A stretch of DNA of 64,000 nt. It comes from Octopus vulgaris (taxonomy: Eukaryota). Positions 26,889 through 40,210 of the stretch are shown piece by piece (position 1 is the first letter of the stretch; each line of letters opens with the position of its first letter). The notes below the pieces were generated by a model, which was given only the letters and a program-made list of their open reading frames with translations, searched no databases and was not told where the DNA came from. Both the position numbers and the translations under genes were made by a program. Location of the stretch: the NCBI GenBank assembly GCA_951406725.2, contig OX597822.1, positions 22,382,001-22,446,000 of the forward strand, given 5' to 3'.

Positions 26889-27057
26889 TACACACAGGTA
26901 CATACACACACATACATATATGTATGTATGTATGTGAGAAAGAGAGAGAGAGAGAGAGTTTGTGGAAATTATTCTCAAACCAGCAACTTGGACTGAATTC
27001 TTGCAATTGACTTCATTCATGGAACCAAATGGCAAGGTCTGTGTCTATAAACACATA

Positions 27058-27553
27058 CAGGATGAGGTAAAAGTCACGCACTGTACAGACAATCTATTAA
27101 ATGTATAATTACACATGAAAATTCTATTTGCTAGCTATTTAATTGTTATATGTGCTGTTCAAAATGCCCCACTTCCTTTTCATAACACACTTTAATTCTG
27201 TGCATGCATGATTCATTAACTACCATTGATGTTGGATTGACTGCACTTTTCGGTATGCCACTTTGAGGGTGGCCAGTCACACTACTAGTTTGTTTAAAAC
27301 GATTGATTAAACATCTAACAGTTGACTTACCAATTGGAAGTCAGTGTGGATTCTCCCCGTTGAATTCCTCTGCAACAGGTCTGTGAGTAGCACCTGCTTT
27401 CCCATACATGAACACTAAGGTAACTTGTTCATCCTTCGTTAGTTTTACACCCATCTTACTTCATCAAAATTGCTTCTGCAAATAAAAAATATAGAACAAA
27501 TTAGACATTTAAAACATTACTAGTTAATTAACTCCTATAGTGTGTGACTTTTG
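27058..27553 (-). mobile_element. Tc1-like deletion derivative
   Basis: Partial TIRs aaaagtcacgcactgta / tatagtgtgtgactttt; decayed HTH coding on minus. Confidence 0.65.
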
Positions 27554-27680
27554 TATATGTGTGTGTGCATATGTGTCTCTATTTGTATATACATTTTGAA
27601 GGACAGACACAAGACAGAGTACTCAATACATGAGGTAGAATTTATTTATGATAATGTGGATGATGATTGCTATATGTGAC

Positions 27681-30539
27681 TGTTATGATCCTTAAAATGT
27701 TGGATTGTTACAACACCCACTTTGGTATACTGTATACTTAGTAAAACCAGTAAAGACACAACTATCTCTGACCACCTACTATGTACACTGGAACTTCGTG
27801 TACTTCTCTTTACTTACAGTGACTAGATCATTCCATTTGTCATGTGGGAGGGGTGTACCATTATTTCTAATTCCCTACAACATCTCTTTTAAATTTTTCT
27901 TAGGAAGTGTCATTTTATTTAGCAATAATTTCTTTTATTCACCTTTCTTTTTTGAGTTTTTTGTTTTTATACAATTTAATATTTTTTGCACTTGACATCT
28001 ATTTTCAAGAACTCTATATGTTTTCTTTTCTTCTCACTTGTATGCCTGGGCTCAATAACCTGCAGAGACATTAGTACTTGGAACGTATTGTACAACCATT
28101 CCATCGGTTCCTCCTTTTTTGGTTCGCTTTCCACAAATCTCTTTTTCAGTTGATTCCTGTGTCTCTTTTGTATGCCTTTTCTACTTTTTACCTATGCATT
28201 TGGTAATTACACCATCTTCCCGACTCTGCTTTCCATTCTTGTATGCCCTCATGAGCATCTTTTCACTTTTAAAGAGTCTTGCTATGTCTTCTCAGGCGCT
28301 TTTTCTTTTCTTGCCAGGTAGCAGTTTATCAAAGACTGATTTTACTTTCCTTGCAAACATCAGCTCTGCTGGTGAGCTACCTGCTGGTGTATTCAGATTT
28401 GGTGTCACATGGTACACTCTTGAAGATTGTTGTAGAGCTACCTCATCTGTGACTTCCTTATTTGATTTTCTAAGGGCTCTTTTCAATGTACCGACAAAGC
28501 ATTCTGCCTGTCCATTAGATCTGGGATGGTATTGGGCTGTAGTTATGTTCTACCACAAGCGTTTCAGAAAATTTTTTTAAATTCGCTAGTCACAAATTGT
28601 GTTCCATTGTCAGACACTATCCTGTCTGGGCTGCCAAATCTCGCAAACAATTCATATAAAAAATTTATCACAGCTGAGGAGGTTAGTTTTTTACACTTAC
28701 AAATTTCTGGTTATTTTGAGAAACTATCAACTACCACTATGTAGTAAGAACCATTGAAAGGACTAGCAAAATCGATGTGTAGCCTCAACCATGGAACATC
28801 TACTCTTCAATAATGTTTACTTTTTATCATGGGAAAATTTTCATTTCATTTTGGTTTATATATAAGTATTCCACTCTGTTTTACTGCAATTTTTTGTTTC
28901 AGTCTCTCAGCTGCATTTGAACTTATAACTCAACCAACTATATTTCCACACAAAACACTTATGGATGTATTCCATACTTTGAATAGTTCCATCCATTCTG
29001 GGTTGAATAAATTAAGTGAACTTTTTAATACACATCTTTGCCTTTTTTTGTTTGACCTCAAAATGTTACATTACATACAAATTCACCAAAAAATATAATC
29101 TTTTTCCCATAACACCATGTGCTCCCTTTCTTGATTTAATTAATTTTGGCTTACCAACATATTTCCAAGTTTTTTTTGTTTATAATGGTGATATCACTAC
29201 CAGTGTCTAACTGCATTTTAGTACTTGTAATTTTGATTTTCACCTTCATGGCTTTCCTCATCGTTTTATTATCAACTTCTTCCAATGACATGCTATTTAT
29301 TCTTTTTCCTTTGTTCTGACATTTTGTCATCTTCATTCTACAGTGCATCATTATATGTCCGATATTACCACAATGAAAGCACTCCACTTTCTTAAATGGA
29401 CAATTTTTCCTCAGGTGTATACCACCACATGCAAAACATGGGTATATTTCCTGATTTTTGTCATGTTTTTTAGAAAACACTTTATCTCTATTCTGACTAT
29501 TTTGCACTTGTTTTACTTGAAAACAATCTTTCCATTCGATTTCCTCTGTGTTCTGTCTTAATCTGATTATCCTTTCACATTCTTCTGACTCTTGTTGTAG
29601 GGTTACCTCCTGGTTTTGTTCCAGCTTTGCAAGAACTCAAGTTCTAACTTCTGTGTCCTTTAGGGCAGTAAGTCACTGTGTAAAAATCAAGCATTTGAAC
29701 ATACCTGGCGTTAATTTATCCAGCTTAAACTTCTCACATCCCCTGCTTTCTCTACCAGCATATGTGATGTATTCCTCGTCTTTGTTTTTCTGTGCTCAGA
29801 CACTTTCAACGTGTGTTGAACAGTGAGCTTTTTCCACTGAGAATTTTACACAATATATCTATTGTGTCATTAAGGTTTATGATCGAAGGTTTTCTAGAGA
29901 GTACATATTTACTGTATCATTCATGTTCTCTTGCCATCAGTTTTCTCAAGATTGAATGCATTTTCATTTCATCGTCCTAGTTTTTACTTTCTTTCTTGAA
30001 GATTTGCTCATATCTTCTGTACTATGCTTCGAAGGTAACTCCTTTATGTGGTTCGTATTTGAGCTCTTGCAGTACTTGTGGCTGTAATATCATTTGTTGT
30101 TGTTGTTGATTCTGTTGTTGTTCTTTCAGCTGTAGCTGCTGCTGTTGTTCTTTCAGTTGCTGTTGTTGCTGTTTTTGCAACTCAAGCAAATTTTCCATAA
30201 TTTTAAGGGGTTTTTTTTTTGTAAAATTCACGCAACAAAACTTTTGTAAGTTTGTTACCTCCCCATGAGTTGTTAATTCTTCATGAGTTGTTAATTCCTT
30301 GTCAAGTTTATTAATTCCTTGAGAGTTGTTTAAATCCTTGTTGCCACTGTTATAATCCTTATAATGTCAAGTTGTTATAAAGCCCACTTTGGTATACAGT
30401 ATACTTAGTAAAACCAGTAAAGACATGACTATCTCAAATAACTACTATGTGCTCTGGTACATCATGTACTTCACTTTACTAGGTTATTTCCATTCGTCAC
30501 ATGCGAGGTGGGTACCATTATTACTTATTCCTTACAACA
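27681..30539 (-). mobile_element. Internally deleted Gypsy/Ty3 LTR retrotransposon with both LTRs
   Basis: LTRs 27681-27882 and 30348-30539 (TGTT..AACA); 5-bp TSD GTGAC; PBS TGGCAACAAGGAT next to the right LTR on minus; purine tract next to the left LTR; two gag CCHC knuckles, protease LDTGS and integrase motifs (VSDNGTQF, SNGQAE, SPAELMF); RT/RNase H not seen. Confidence 0.95.
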
Positions 30540-30866
30540 GTGACCAAAATATCTATTTATCTATCTGTATTGTTTGATCATTTTTATGTCCATTTTTCTA
30601 TGCTTGCATGGGTTGGGTGAATATGACACTAACCCCTTACCCTTTTATCAAGTTAGGAATCTCTTATTCCACACAGCGTCAAAGGCACAGTGTCTAGACA
30701 ATTTGTTGACAGAAGAAACTAACAACAACATTATCTGCACACTTTTGTATAAGTGACTGCTGATGTAAGCAAACACATACACACATATACGTGTGTGTGA
30801 GAGAGAGAGAGATAAGTGTTCAGTTTAGAATTATTATGTAATCATGTTTCTTCTTGACTTTTACAG

Positions 30867-30971
30867 AATGCTGCGATCTTCGGTTTTAAGTTGTGCCATT
30901 ATTTTGAAACACACAGAAACTCTGGATAAAGGAAAAGCAATCTTTGATATGTGGCGATATTCCAATAAAAG
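30867..30971 (+). CDS. Internal exon (105 bp, phase 2 to 2) of the M1 aminopeptidase gene
   Basis: Acceptor ttcttgacttttaCAG, donor AG|GTAAAA. Peptide (K)MLRSSVLSCAIILKHTETLDKGKAIFDMWRYSNK resembles the recalled ENPEP segment LLRSSVL..A...........LF..W. Confidence 0.92.
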
Positions 30972-32013
30972 GTAAAACTTGTCTGCATTGTTTGATTTAA
31001 TGACTGATTTTCATTTTCTTATCACACCATTAACACACATGTGTATACACACATTCACACCTTGTAACATGTATATATAAGCAAACAACTACAACTAAAG
31101 CACCTTAGCCTCTACAGATACCTGACATATCAGAAATAGCAATCAAATTTCCCTATTGTTCTAAAAACAGAATATGTTTTAACAACATTATAGGCCCCAG
31201 GCAAATCAATGCACTGCATCATATAGTATTTATGTATTAACAGCATACATAGATCAGAATTAGGCAGCTGTTCAAGGTTCTCATGCCTTCAGACAACACT
31301 GAGGACATACGAGATATTGAAAAATCAGATATCCATAAAAACAAAACATAGTTCTTACCAAAATATTCTTAATCACAGTTTTCTTTAAAGAGGCAGAAAG
31401 AGAAGAGAGATCCAATTAACAAACACACACACCCTGACTTTTAAATTTTTATGTTCTTACCATCCATATTCCTTATGTTAGCATTCAGAACATGAATTAA
31501 TTGTTTGTTACTGTTCCATGCTTCTGTGCTTTTTCTCTATATCTGATATTTGTAACTGTTTTGAAGAACTTTTCTAATTTCGTGATATATGGATATGTTA
31601 TCCATGCTTTAATTTCCTAAGGCCACATACATACTGTGTGACACAATTTTGGTTCTATTCTAGTAGAAACCAGAAAGCTTCACACATTTCATTCTGATTC
31701 TCATCCTCACCTGGACACATTAATTCTAATTTCAACCTTTTTTATGATCTCTGTGTAGACTTTTCAATGATTTTGGCACTGATATGTATGTTATCATGAT
31801 AAATGATAACTTGTCATTTCCAACAACATAGATTCCACAGTTTTGCAGCTGGTAACAGTTTAATGGAATGCATCACAAAATGACAAATGCCAGCCCTCTA
31901 CTACATGCACATGCACATACAAAATTGTTTGTGCAATTTTTGTCTCTCTTTGTTCAGGAAAATGGAGTTTACATTCATATAAGTTTTCTTCATTTGCCAT
32001 AGAGTTAGATTAA

Positions 32014-32453
32014 TTTAATCATCTTGTTACCATACTTCTGTTCAATTAATTTTGAAAATAATGAAGAATTTAGGAAAAGAACTTTATTATCATTAAGCTG
32101 GGGAAGGCAGTGAGCTGACAGAATCATTAGCACACTGGGGAAAATACTTAGCAACATTTCATCTGTCTTTATGTTCTGAGTTCAAATTCTGATGAGGTCA
32201 GCTTTGCCTTTTATCCTTTCAGGGCCAATAAAATAAGTACCAGTCTAGTTCTGGGATCAATGTAATCAACTTACTCCTTCTGAGAAATTGCTGGCTTTGT
32301 GCCAAAACTTGGAACCATTACCAAGCTGGTGTTTGGAACATAACATTAACATGAAATTTTGATGGAAGGTTTTAATTTAAATCACTTTAAAAGAGTAAAC
32401 TTGTTTCATGGAACCAGGGATGGTCTCAGGTGGGTTGGTATCAAAAGAGTTAA
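32014..32453. mobile_element. TTAA-bounded (piggyBac-type) MITE with a family B SINE inserted at ~32105-32320
   Basis: Ends ttaatcatcttgttacca / tggtatcaaaagagttaa; AAGCTGG duplicated around the SINE. Confidence 0.65.
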
Positions 32454-32539
32454 AATGTTTTAAAAGCATCTAATTTCATCAACTGTGGCAATTTGCCCCA
32501 CCACCACATACACACTTTCAATCCTCTCAGCTGCCACCC

Positions 32540-33750
32540 TGAATCTGTCCCATAAGAAAAACAAGTTTAAAGTATATTGGTAATGGACTGGCTTCAAAAT
32601 AACATGGCTTAGTATTTCCTTTGAAAAGAATGGTAGCCTTAAAATCTCTTAATCTCCACAAATATCTTGGGATTTCTATCTCATACATTAATGATAATCC
32701 ATTCACATTTATTGCAAACAAGCCATGATTATTTTCTTTTTAACAGACAGAAACAATGATGCTATGTTCTTATTGGTTTCCACTAATGCATCAAACTTTC
32801 CTAAAATTTCAATGTGTAATCCATCAAATTGTTTTAGTTTGAGATCATATTTTCTTAAATTTCATTTATTCAAATCTGCCCAGAAATTATCAGGTAAGAC
32901 AAGTTATCTGACTACTGTTATCACTATGTACACCTTAACATTAATGAGTTTCACATTGACCTCTGCATTATTTTTTGATGCCGGTTATATAAAAACTAGT
33001 CAAATATTCATTTTAAATTTCCTCAGCTATTTGTTTGGATTTACAAACCACCTAAAAAGAAATCTTTCTTTTCGATATTTGAAGCAAATTTTACCAAATG
33101 CTGGTCAGTTTGATGGTGCAGAATTATATCCAGGGAAGCAACATAAAATCAGATTTTTTTGTGTGTTTCAATCAATATCCGACAGGGAAATCCTCAACAT
33201 TACCTTCACATCTCCACCAAACACTTGAGATTCAGAAATCATTTAAAACTGTTGAATGTATTTGACAAAGGCATAACGTTTTGGATTACCCAACTGAAGA
33301 TATTTTGAAGCTTTTACATGATGCTCTAATGTTTGCATGCCATCTATGAGTTTTATCCAAATTTTCATCACCTTCTGCACTTCATCTATTATTTCTAGTA
33401 TCTATATCAAAATGACAAAAATGAACAGAACCAATTTCTTAGAATAATTTGGAATTGATTCAATCCAATATTGATGTTGTCATAACAATATCTAACTCTT
33501 TCAGGAATTATGAATTTCATTTTGGAACTAACTCATGTCACTATTATAAATTTTATACCACCAAAATTCTTTGTTTAAAATACCAGATGTTACCCCATTA
33601 CCAAAACTTATAATGAACACCATGTTTATTTTTGATAAAAATATAAATCTGTATCTTTTTTTTCTAATTAGTATCCAAAACGATTTATTTTGGTCACAGC
33701 AGTAAAGAATCACAGCCAAACTTCTATATTTCTGGGTCATCAAGTGGAAG
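32540..33750 (-). mobile_element. Decayed Gypsy gag-protease fragment
   Basis: Minus-strand translation gives a PAFGKICFK knuckle remnant, LKQFDG.HIEILGKF and LRDFKATI..K.NTKP.YFEA.PLPI. Confidence 0.7.
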
Positions 33751-35521
33751 TTTGTTATTGTTAATTAGCGATGTCATTGTTGTATTGAACTAAGTTCATC
33801 TCTGAAAAACAATAATCTCACATGATGCTTTATGTTCAGAAGTCTTAATCAACTGAATAACCAAGCCTTAACATTAAACTGGTGAACATCTTAAATAGTC
33901 TTAATTACCATGTAATTATTAGCATAATGATCATATCACAGATTCAAAGGTCTGACTTTTGACAATCACCTTACTTCAATTTAAATGCTAATGATTCTGA
34001 TGTTTTTTTTCTTTTTAATCTCAATTCCCCTATTTTCATTGTCATCTTTTTTATCATGATTTTGTGTGAAAATATTTCTTTGTTTCAGTTATACATCAAG
34101 CACCCAAATATTCCACAGCAACTGCACCACTACCATATATGATATTAATAGTGTCAGTGATGTGTAATTGTATCACATTTCTAGATAGCATTAACACAAC
34201 TCACTGTCAATTATAATTTCCATCCTCTACAATAATGATGGTCTTGTTCTGTAACTCACCCTTATTTTTTCAACTTTTCCTAGTCCATTTATAGTTTTTC
34301 TTCTGTATTTCTAACACATTCAAAGCACATAATTTATATTTATTATTAGTGGAAATATCATCTTTCTCCTTTGTCTTTATCATTTCTGTGTTAATATAGT
34401 TGGTTTCTTTAACTATTGATATACAATAAAGCAAATAGTAGGATCCAAAGGCACTAGTGATGGTCTGTATTCACAATTAGTGAGTGTACATAGTTCAGAA
34501 GTGGAATAAATTGTTTTTCCATGAAGGAGAGGAAAAGCTATTTCACTCTTCTTACACCAATTATCATCATCATTTTAACATTGTTTTCTTTGTCAGCAGT
34601 GTTGACTATGTAACATAATATCCATTTTTTATATTTTTCCTCATGGTGTCAACTTTACCTTTTATCCTTTCCAGGCTTTTAAAGTACTTGACAAGTTCTT
34701 ATGTAAGACAGTTGCTTATGACTGGGCAAATATTAGTGATAGTGTAGTTGCAAGTAGAAATAAATTTGATAAAATATTGGTCAAGGACTGGGGTCAATTT
34801 AGCATTCTCATTAAGCATTCTCAACATAAATGGAATTACAATAGCAGACAAAATCTCTTTTAGGCTGAGTATTACCATTCTTCCCATGTCTTCTCTTTGT
34901 ATTATAAACTTCTAATCCAGTACTCGTTGAGACTTCATATCACATGTCCATGCTAGCACAATTTTCTCTGCTAAACACACATTCTCTCCATCCAGTCAGG
35001 ATCAACATTTCCAATCGATTTGTCTAACAAAATGCTTTGTGAGATATTGTCATTGCTCTGTACTTTCTGATTTCAAATAATACTAAGATCCTCTTGATCT
35101 TTCATACTTTTGCGCAGATAGAATTGAGTACCAATCCAAAGTTTGGATCGGTCTTAAATGAGTAAAGAAAGTATCCTTTAAAATATGAGGTTTTGTGCCT
35201 TATGTTAGGAATCAGTGCTACATATCAACCAAGTCATGCTCTTTCAATTTCACTTTAACCTCTATACATTATCCATATCCAGAAGCTCTATACCGTATCC
35301 ATATTCAGAGCCCATATCTCATTATTGTTGTATACAATGCTTCTTATGTATGCTTCATATTGTTTCTAACTTTTACACAAAGAGAGAAATCTTTCATTGA
35401 TAACAGACACAACTGGAAGTTTCAATATGGTTGTTTGACAGGATAAAAACAGCAGCTAAACCATTCTCAAACTTCACTCTACTGTTCAAAACATAGGACA
35501 TTCGATAATATTGCCTATGTC

Positions 35522-35672
35522 TGTTGTGTGGACGCCCCCGGATGACGAAGTAGGCTAGCCCAATACGTAGATATAGAGGGAGAAGTCTAGACATCGTGAG
35601 AGAGTAGCAGAGTAGTGGTGAGAGTTGAGTAGAAGGCATCCGAACGTGCGACATAACAGTGGCGACAAGGAT
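35522..35672 (+). mobile_element. 137 bp LTR-like unit followed by a tRNA primer-binding site
   Basis: Termini TGTTGTGT...ACATAACA (35522-35658), then G, then TGGCGACAAGGAT. Confidence 0.7.
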
Positions 35673-36549
35673 TTCGTAACTCACACAGCCACTGTATAGT
35701 ATTGCGATATAACAATGTCAAAGAGAAAAGACAAGAATATCATTGGTGGAATGCATTTGATCAAGGACTGACCATAGGCTAAACAAACACAGCAAAAGTA
35801 CAATGCATAAGGTTCCAAAATACATAGCCCCATGTGCTTTGGCTCTTTCAAAACCTCCTCATAAATAATCCATAGATGCACTATTTTCATGTAATCATTG
35901 CATGGCATAAGACATTCAAAAAGATAAGCTGGCCATGGTTCTATTAGAGTTGACCTAGGGCTGAACAACAACATTTAACTCCTTACACTTTTCCACTTAC
36001 TGTGTTGTTAACTCCAGCCACCTCATGTGTTAAATAAATCATCAAACTCCAAGATTCTTAAGTATGCTGTGCACTCATTCATTACATCCTATACACAATA
36101 TTCAGTTCCTATCTACACCATTCATATGTATTCAGACAGAACTTCAACCCTTGAGCATTCAGATTTTTCTGTCAAATTTAATGCTTTTTTATTCACATTG
36201 TTTTGAATTAATTATGCATCAATTATGAACACTTCTGGTAAAGTCTCAAGAACTTTATTAAATAAAAAGAAGCTAAAGACAAAGTCTTGTTGGACATCTA
36301 CTTTCATATCAGATACCTTGATATAAAGTCATTGCTTCCTCTTACCTTCCCTACACTCTTGTACATCACTTATACAGCTCTTACAAACCATTTATCTACA
36401 CCTAATTTTCTCAGAATGCACTAGGCTATACAGATGACTTAAGGAAAGACTGTAACCAGACCAATATATGTAGTGTTGTTTCATACCTAAGGACTTTTAG
36501 AAGTATCTCATTAATTTCATTATAACCCAAACTCAGAAATTACCACTTT

Positions 36550-36942
36550 GTGCTCAACATCAAAATGAAAATCAAATGGAAATTGTAGGTATGATATCCA
36601 TGCCGGTGGCACATAAAAAGCACCATCCAAACGTGGCCAATGCCAGTGCTGCCTGACTGGCATCCGTGTCGGTGACATGTAATAAGCACCAAGTGATGGT
36701 GGCTGTTTGCCAGCCTCCTCTGGCCCCTGTGCTGGTGGCACATAAAAAGCACCCACTACAGTCACGGAGTGGTAGGTGATAGGAAGGGCATCCAGCTGTA
36801 GAAACACTGCCAGATCAGACTGGACCCTGGCGCAGCCTCCTGGCGCAGCCTCCTGGCGCAGCCTCCTGGCTTCCCAGACCCAGGTCAAACCGTCCAACCC
36901 ATGCTAGCATGGAAAATGGATGTTAAACAATGATGATGATGC
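36550..36942 (+). mobile_element. RTE 3'-UTR-only copy; an older opposite-strand copy follows at ~37010-37350
   Basis: Colinear with the RTE 3' UTR; internal (CTGGCGCAGCCTC)x3; (GAT)n tail. Confidence 0.85.
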
Positions 36943-38349
36943 TATCCATAACTAACTTTTGCTAAACCTTTGATATCTATTTCCAGAACTGTTTAACTGT
37001 TTGTCAATTTATCATCAACATCATCATCATCATTTACAGGAGCTGGCCAGCTGGAGGGCTGTCCAGGCTACAGTTGTCTATTTTGGCATGGTTGCTATGG
37101 CTGGATGCCCTTTCTAACACCAACCACTTTACAAAGTACTTTTTATGTGACACTGGAATAGGTGCAACTGCATGGCACTGGCACGTAGCACTGACACAAG
37201 TGCTCTATACATGGTACCAGCACAAGTTCCTTCTACATGGTCCCAGAACAAGTGCTGTTTACATGGTAATGGCATGAGTGTTTGTTTACATTGTTCTGAC
37301 ATGGGCTGTAATGGTCGCAGTTTTACTTTGCTTGATATGACTTCCCAAGCACAGCAAATTACCATAAGTCTCAAAACCATTGCTTTTCCCACCTTTTCAT
37401 CTGATTTGAGATGGTCATAAAAGAAAAGATATATTTCCAGCGTTTTCATCATTCAGAGTAAATTCCCTTTTGCGGCCATCACTCAAAAATGAGTATTGCT
37501 TTGTAATATGTAACATGCTTCTCTAATTGTTTTAGGTACCTATGTAGTTATAATCAGGCGTAAACACCCTCTTAACCTTCCCACCTTTGACCCAAAAGAA
37601 CATCAAAGACGTAACTGATAACAGGAGAGAGGAGTGCATCAGCACTTGTCTGATATTCATTTTCATTGACTCTACTAAAGCAATGTGAAATGAAGTGTCT
37701 TGTTCAATAACACTGCCCATGCAGAAATCAAATGTATGACTTTATGATTGTCAGCCCAACACCCTTACATGAAAGCCCCTTTAAAAGAAAGAAAAAAAAT
37801 TTGGAACAAAGGAACTAAAAGAGATAAAGTTCAGCTAAATCAGAGGAGCTGAAAACCTTGTTGACTGCAATTAGTCTAGAAAGAATTAGATATTGTACTG
37901 TTAGTCTAACTCTATTAGTGAGAAAGATAAGCTCTAGTATAAGTGTAGTTTCTAAGTGTGTTAGTTGTACTTGTAATGCACACCTACATATACAATGATC
38001 TATGTGAGTAGATAGATAGATAGATAGATAAATAAATAGACAGACAGATATAGATTTAGACAGACAGTAGAAAACTAAAATGAGGAATATTATGAGAGAT
38101 GAAAGGAATAAGAAACAAATAACATATAAAGTTAAATAAATAAAATGTAGCTGAAAAATAGAGATACTAATCAAAACAAGAACAATCAAAGAATATGTAC
38201 AATGAAAATAGATACACCAGGATCTGTGTAAACAGAGACATAAGTTTTGTGTTATTAAACAGGATTATTTCTTCATACCTTGAGGTTTTGTGCAGTTGAT
38301 ATTACTCATCTGTACTCAACTGTGTGTCTGAAATAATTACTACTGACTG

Positions 38350-38712
38350 GATATACTGATAATATAGTATGTATGTGTAAATGCTCAAAATCTCTCGTGG
38401 AAGCGCCATCCAACCAAGATGCAAATATATGGGAAACTACCACCTGTGTCATCTCTTGTGAAAGGTAAGAGAGTCTAGTTTGCTGGACATTGTTGTAGAG
38501 CTGAAAAAGAGGTAATTTCTACTCTTCTCCTCTGGAAGCCATCTACTTGCAATACCAGAGGGTGCACACTCTCCTACCCTGATGTAATCTCCAGGGATAT
38601 AGGCATCCAGCAACAGGACCTCTGTAATGCCATGATGGACCGTGAAGTCTGGCGTAGCATGGTAAATTCCATTGTCTCGACCATGGTCGAACAATGATGA
38701 TGATGATGATGT
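38350..38712 (+). mobile_element. 3' fragment of a different RTE-type LINE
   Basis: FAGHCCR.....S.LLLW.P......SYPDVI....L.NAMMDREVWR, followed by (GAT)n. Confidence 0.75.
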
Positions 38713-38860
38713 AATAAGAAGCTTGCTTCCTAACCACATGTTTCTGGGTTCAGTTCCACTGTGTGGCACCTTTGGCAAGTGTCTTTGACTACAGCCTCAG
38801 GCCAACTAAAGCCTTGTCAGTGTATTTGGAAGATGAAAACTGAAAGAAACCCATCATATA

Positions 38861-39724
38861 CAGGATGGGTGAAAAGTAAGTAGGCATCAAAAATTTGTAA
38901 TAAAATCCATATTCCTTTAACAAATTCATTGAAACAAATGATACATATTCTTTATTACATGGGAAAAATGAAGTAAATCTTCATATTTCAATGTAAGCAC
39001 CAGTGGCATCAGCCAGGGATGGAATGAACAACCATCTGAAGGACATCGTTTGGGATATCATTGAGAACTTCCTGAATCTGTGTCTCCAAGTGTGGGAGGT
39101 TTTGTCTTGTACACCTCTTTTGTGTAATCCCAACAGGTAAAAATCACATGGAGTGAGATCTGGACTTTTTGGACTTCTAGACTTCTGCGGTCAGTCTTCA
39201 GGTTTTAGCACCTGCATATGATGGGGTTCCCATGGAAGAAAATTCAGTTCTTTATGCAACACCATACGTATTGTGTGTCTTGTTAGTCCATTTTCACGAG
39301 CTGCTTGACGTGCTGATTTTTGCGGGCTGCGATTAAACATTTCCTGCACTGTTGCCACGTTCTTCCCTGATCAGGATGTGGTTGGACAGCCACTTCTCCT
39401 TGCATTGTTCATAGAGCCCGTGGTCATCAGCTTTGCATGACAACCTTTTATTGTCTCCGGATGTAGTGTTGCATGCTTACCTTTTCATGCACCTCACCAT
39501 CTATGAATCAAAACAATGGAATTCCACATTTCATAGCATGCTGCTATCTTAGCTTGTTCCTGAACAGTCAACTGACCAGCCATCTCGAAAATAAGAAATA
39601 AGACAATAAGAAAATAAGACATCTCCATTAGCGTTGTCTTTAAAAAATGTTTTCGTCATGACTTCAGTGATACTAAAAATTCGATAAGCAATTTCTAATG
39701 CCTAGTTACTTTCCACCCACCCTA
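38861..39724 (-). mobile_element. Tc1-like transposon (deleted) inserted in the central TA tract of a family A SINE (38715-39990)
   Basis: TIRs CAGGATGGGTGAAAAGTAA / TTACTTTCCACCCACCCTA, TA flanks, SPDLTPCDFYLLDY motif on minus. Confidence 0.88.
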
Positions 39725-40009
39725 TATACACATCTATATATATATATATATATATTTGCGTGTGTGTGTGTCTTTGTGTCTATGTTTAACCCCCCCACCA
39801 CTTCTTAGCAACAGATGTTATTGTGTTTACATTCCCATAACTTCGAGGTTTAGCAAAAGGGACCAACAAAATATGTACCATGTTAAAAAAATTGATAAAT
39901 ATTAGCGTCAAATCATTCAACTAAAAATTCTTCAAGACGGTTCCCTAGCATGGCTACAGTCTAATGATTAAAACAAGTAAAGGATAAAGAATATATATAT
40001 ATATATATA

Positions 40010-40210
40010 GGGAGAGTTTACGAAAAAAGAGTTTAGAAAAAAACAAAAGACGAAGACAGGTGATGTATAAAACAAACAGATGTATTAGTATAATGCTCAG
40101 GAATAGAAAAAGTCTTTTACGTTTCGAGCCTACACTCCTCTACAGAAAGGGACACAGAAAAAACAAGGAGAGAAAAAAATGTGTGTAGTGGCTAACGATC
40201 TATCATGGCG
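40010..40210 (-). mobile_element. Short repeat carrying a minimal hammerhead-like motif (40114-40149); probable Penelope terminal-repeat piece
   Basis: Similar to 5419-5520. Minus strand reads CTTT-CTGTAGA-G-GAGT/GCTC-GAAA-CG-TA-AAAG. Confidence 0.6.

Noticed and set aside
32725-33228. 167-aa hydrophobic plus-strand ORF
   Set aside because: Antisense to the decayed Gypsy gag-protease.
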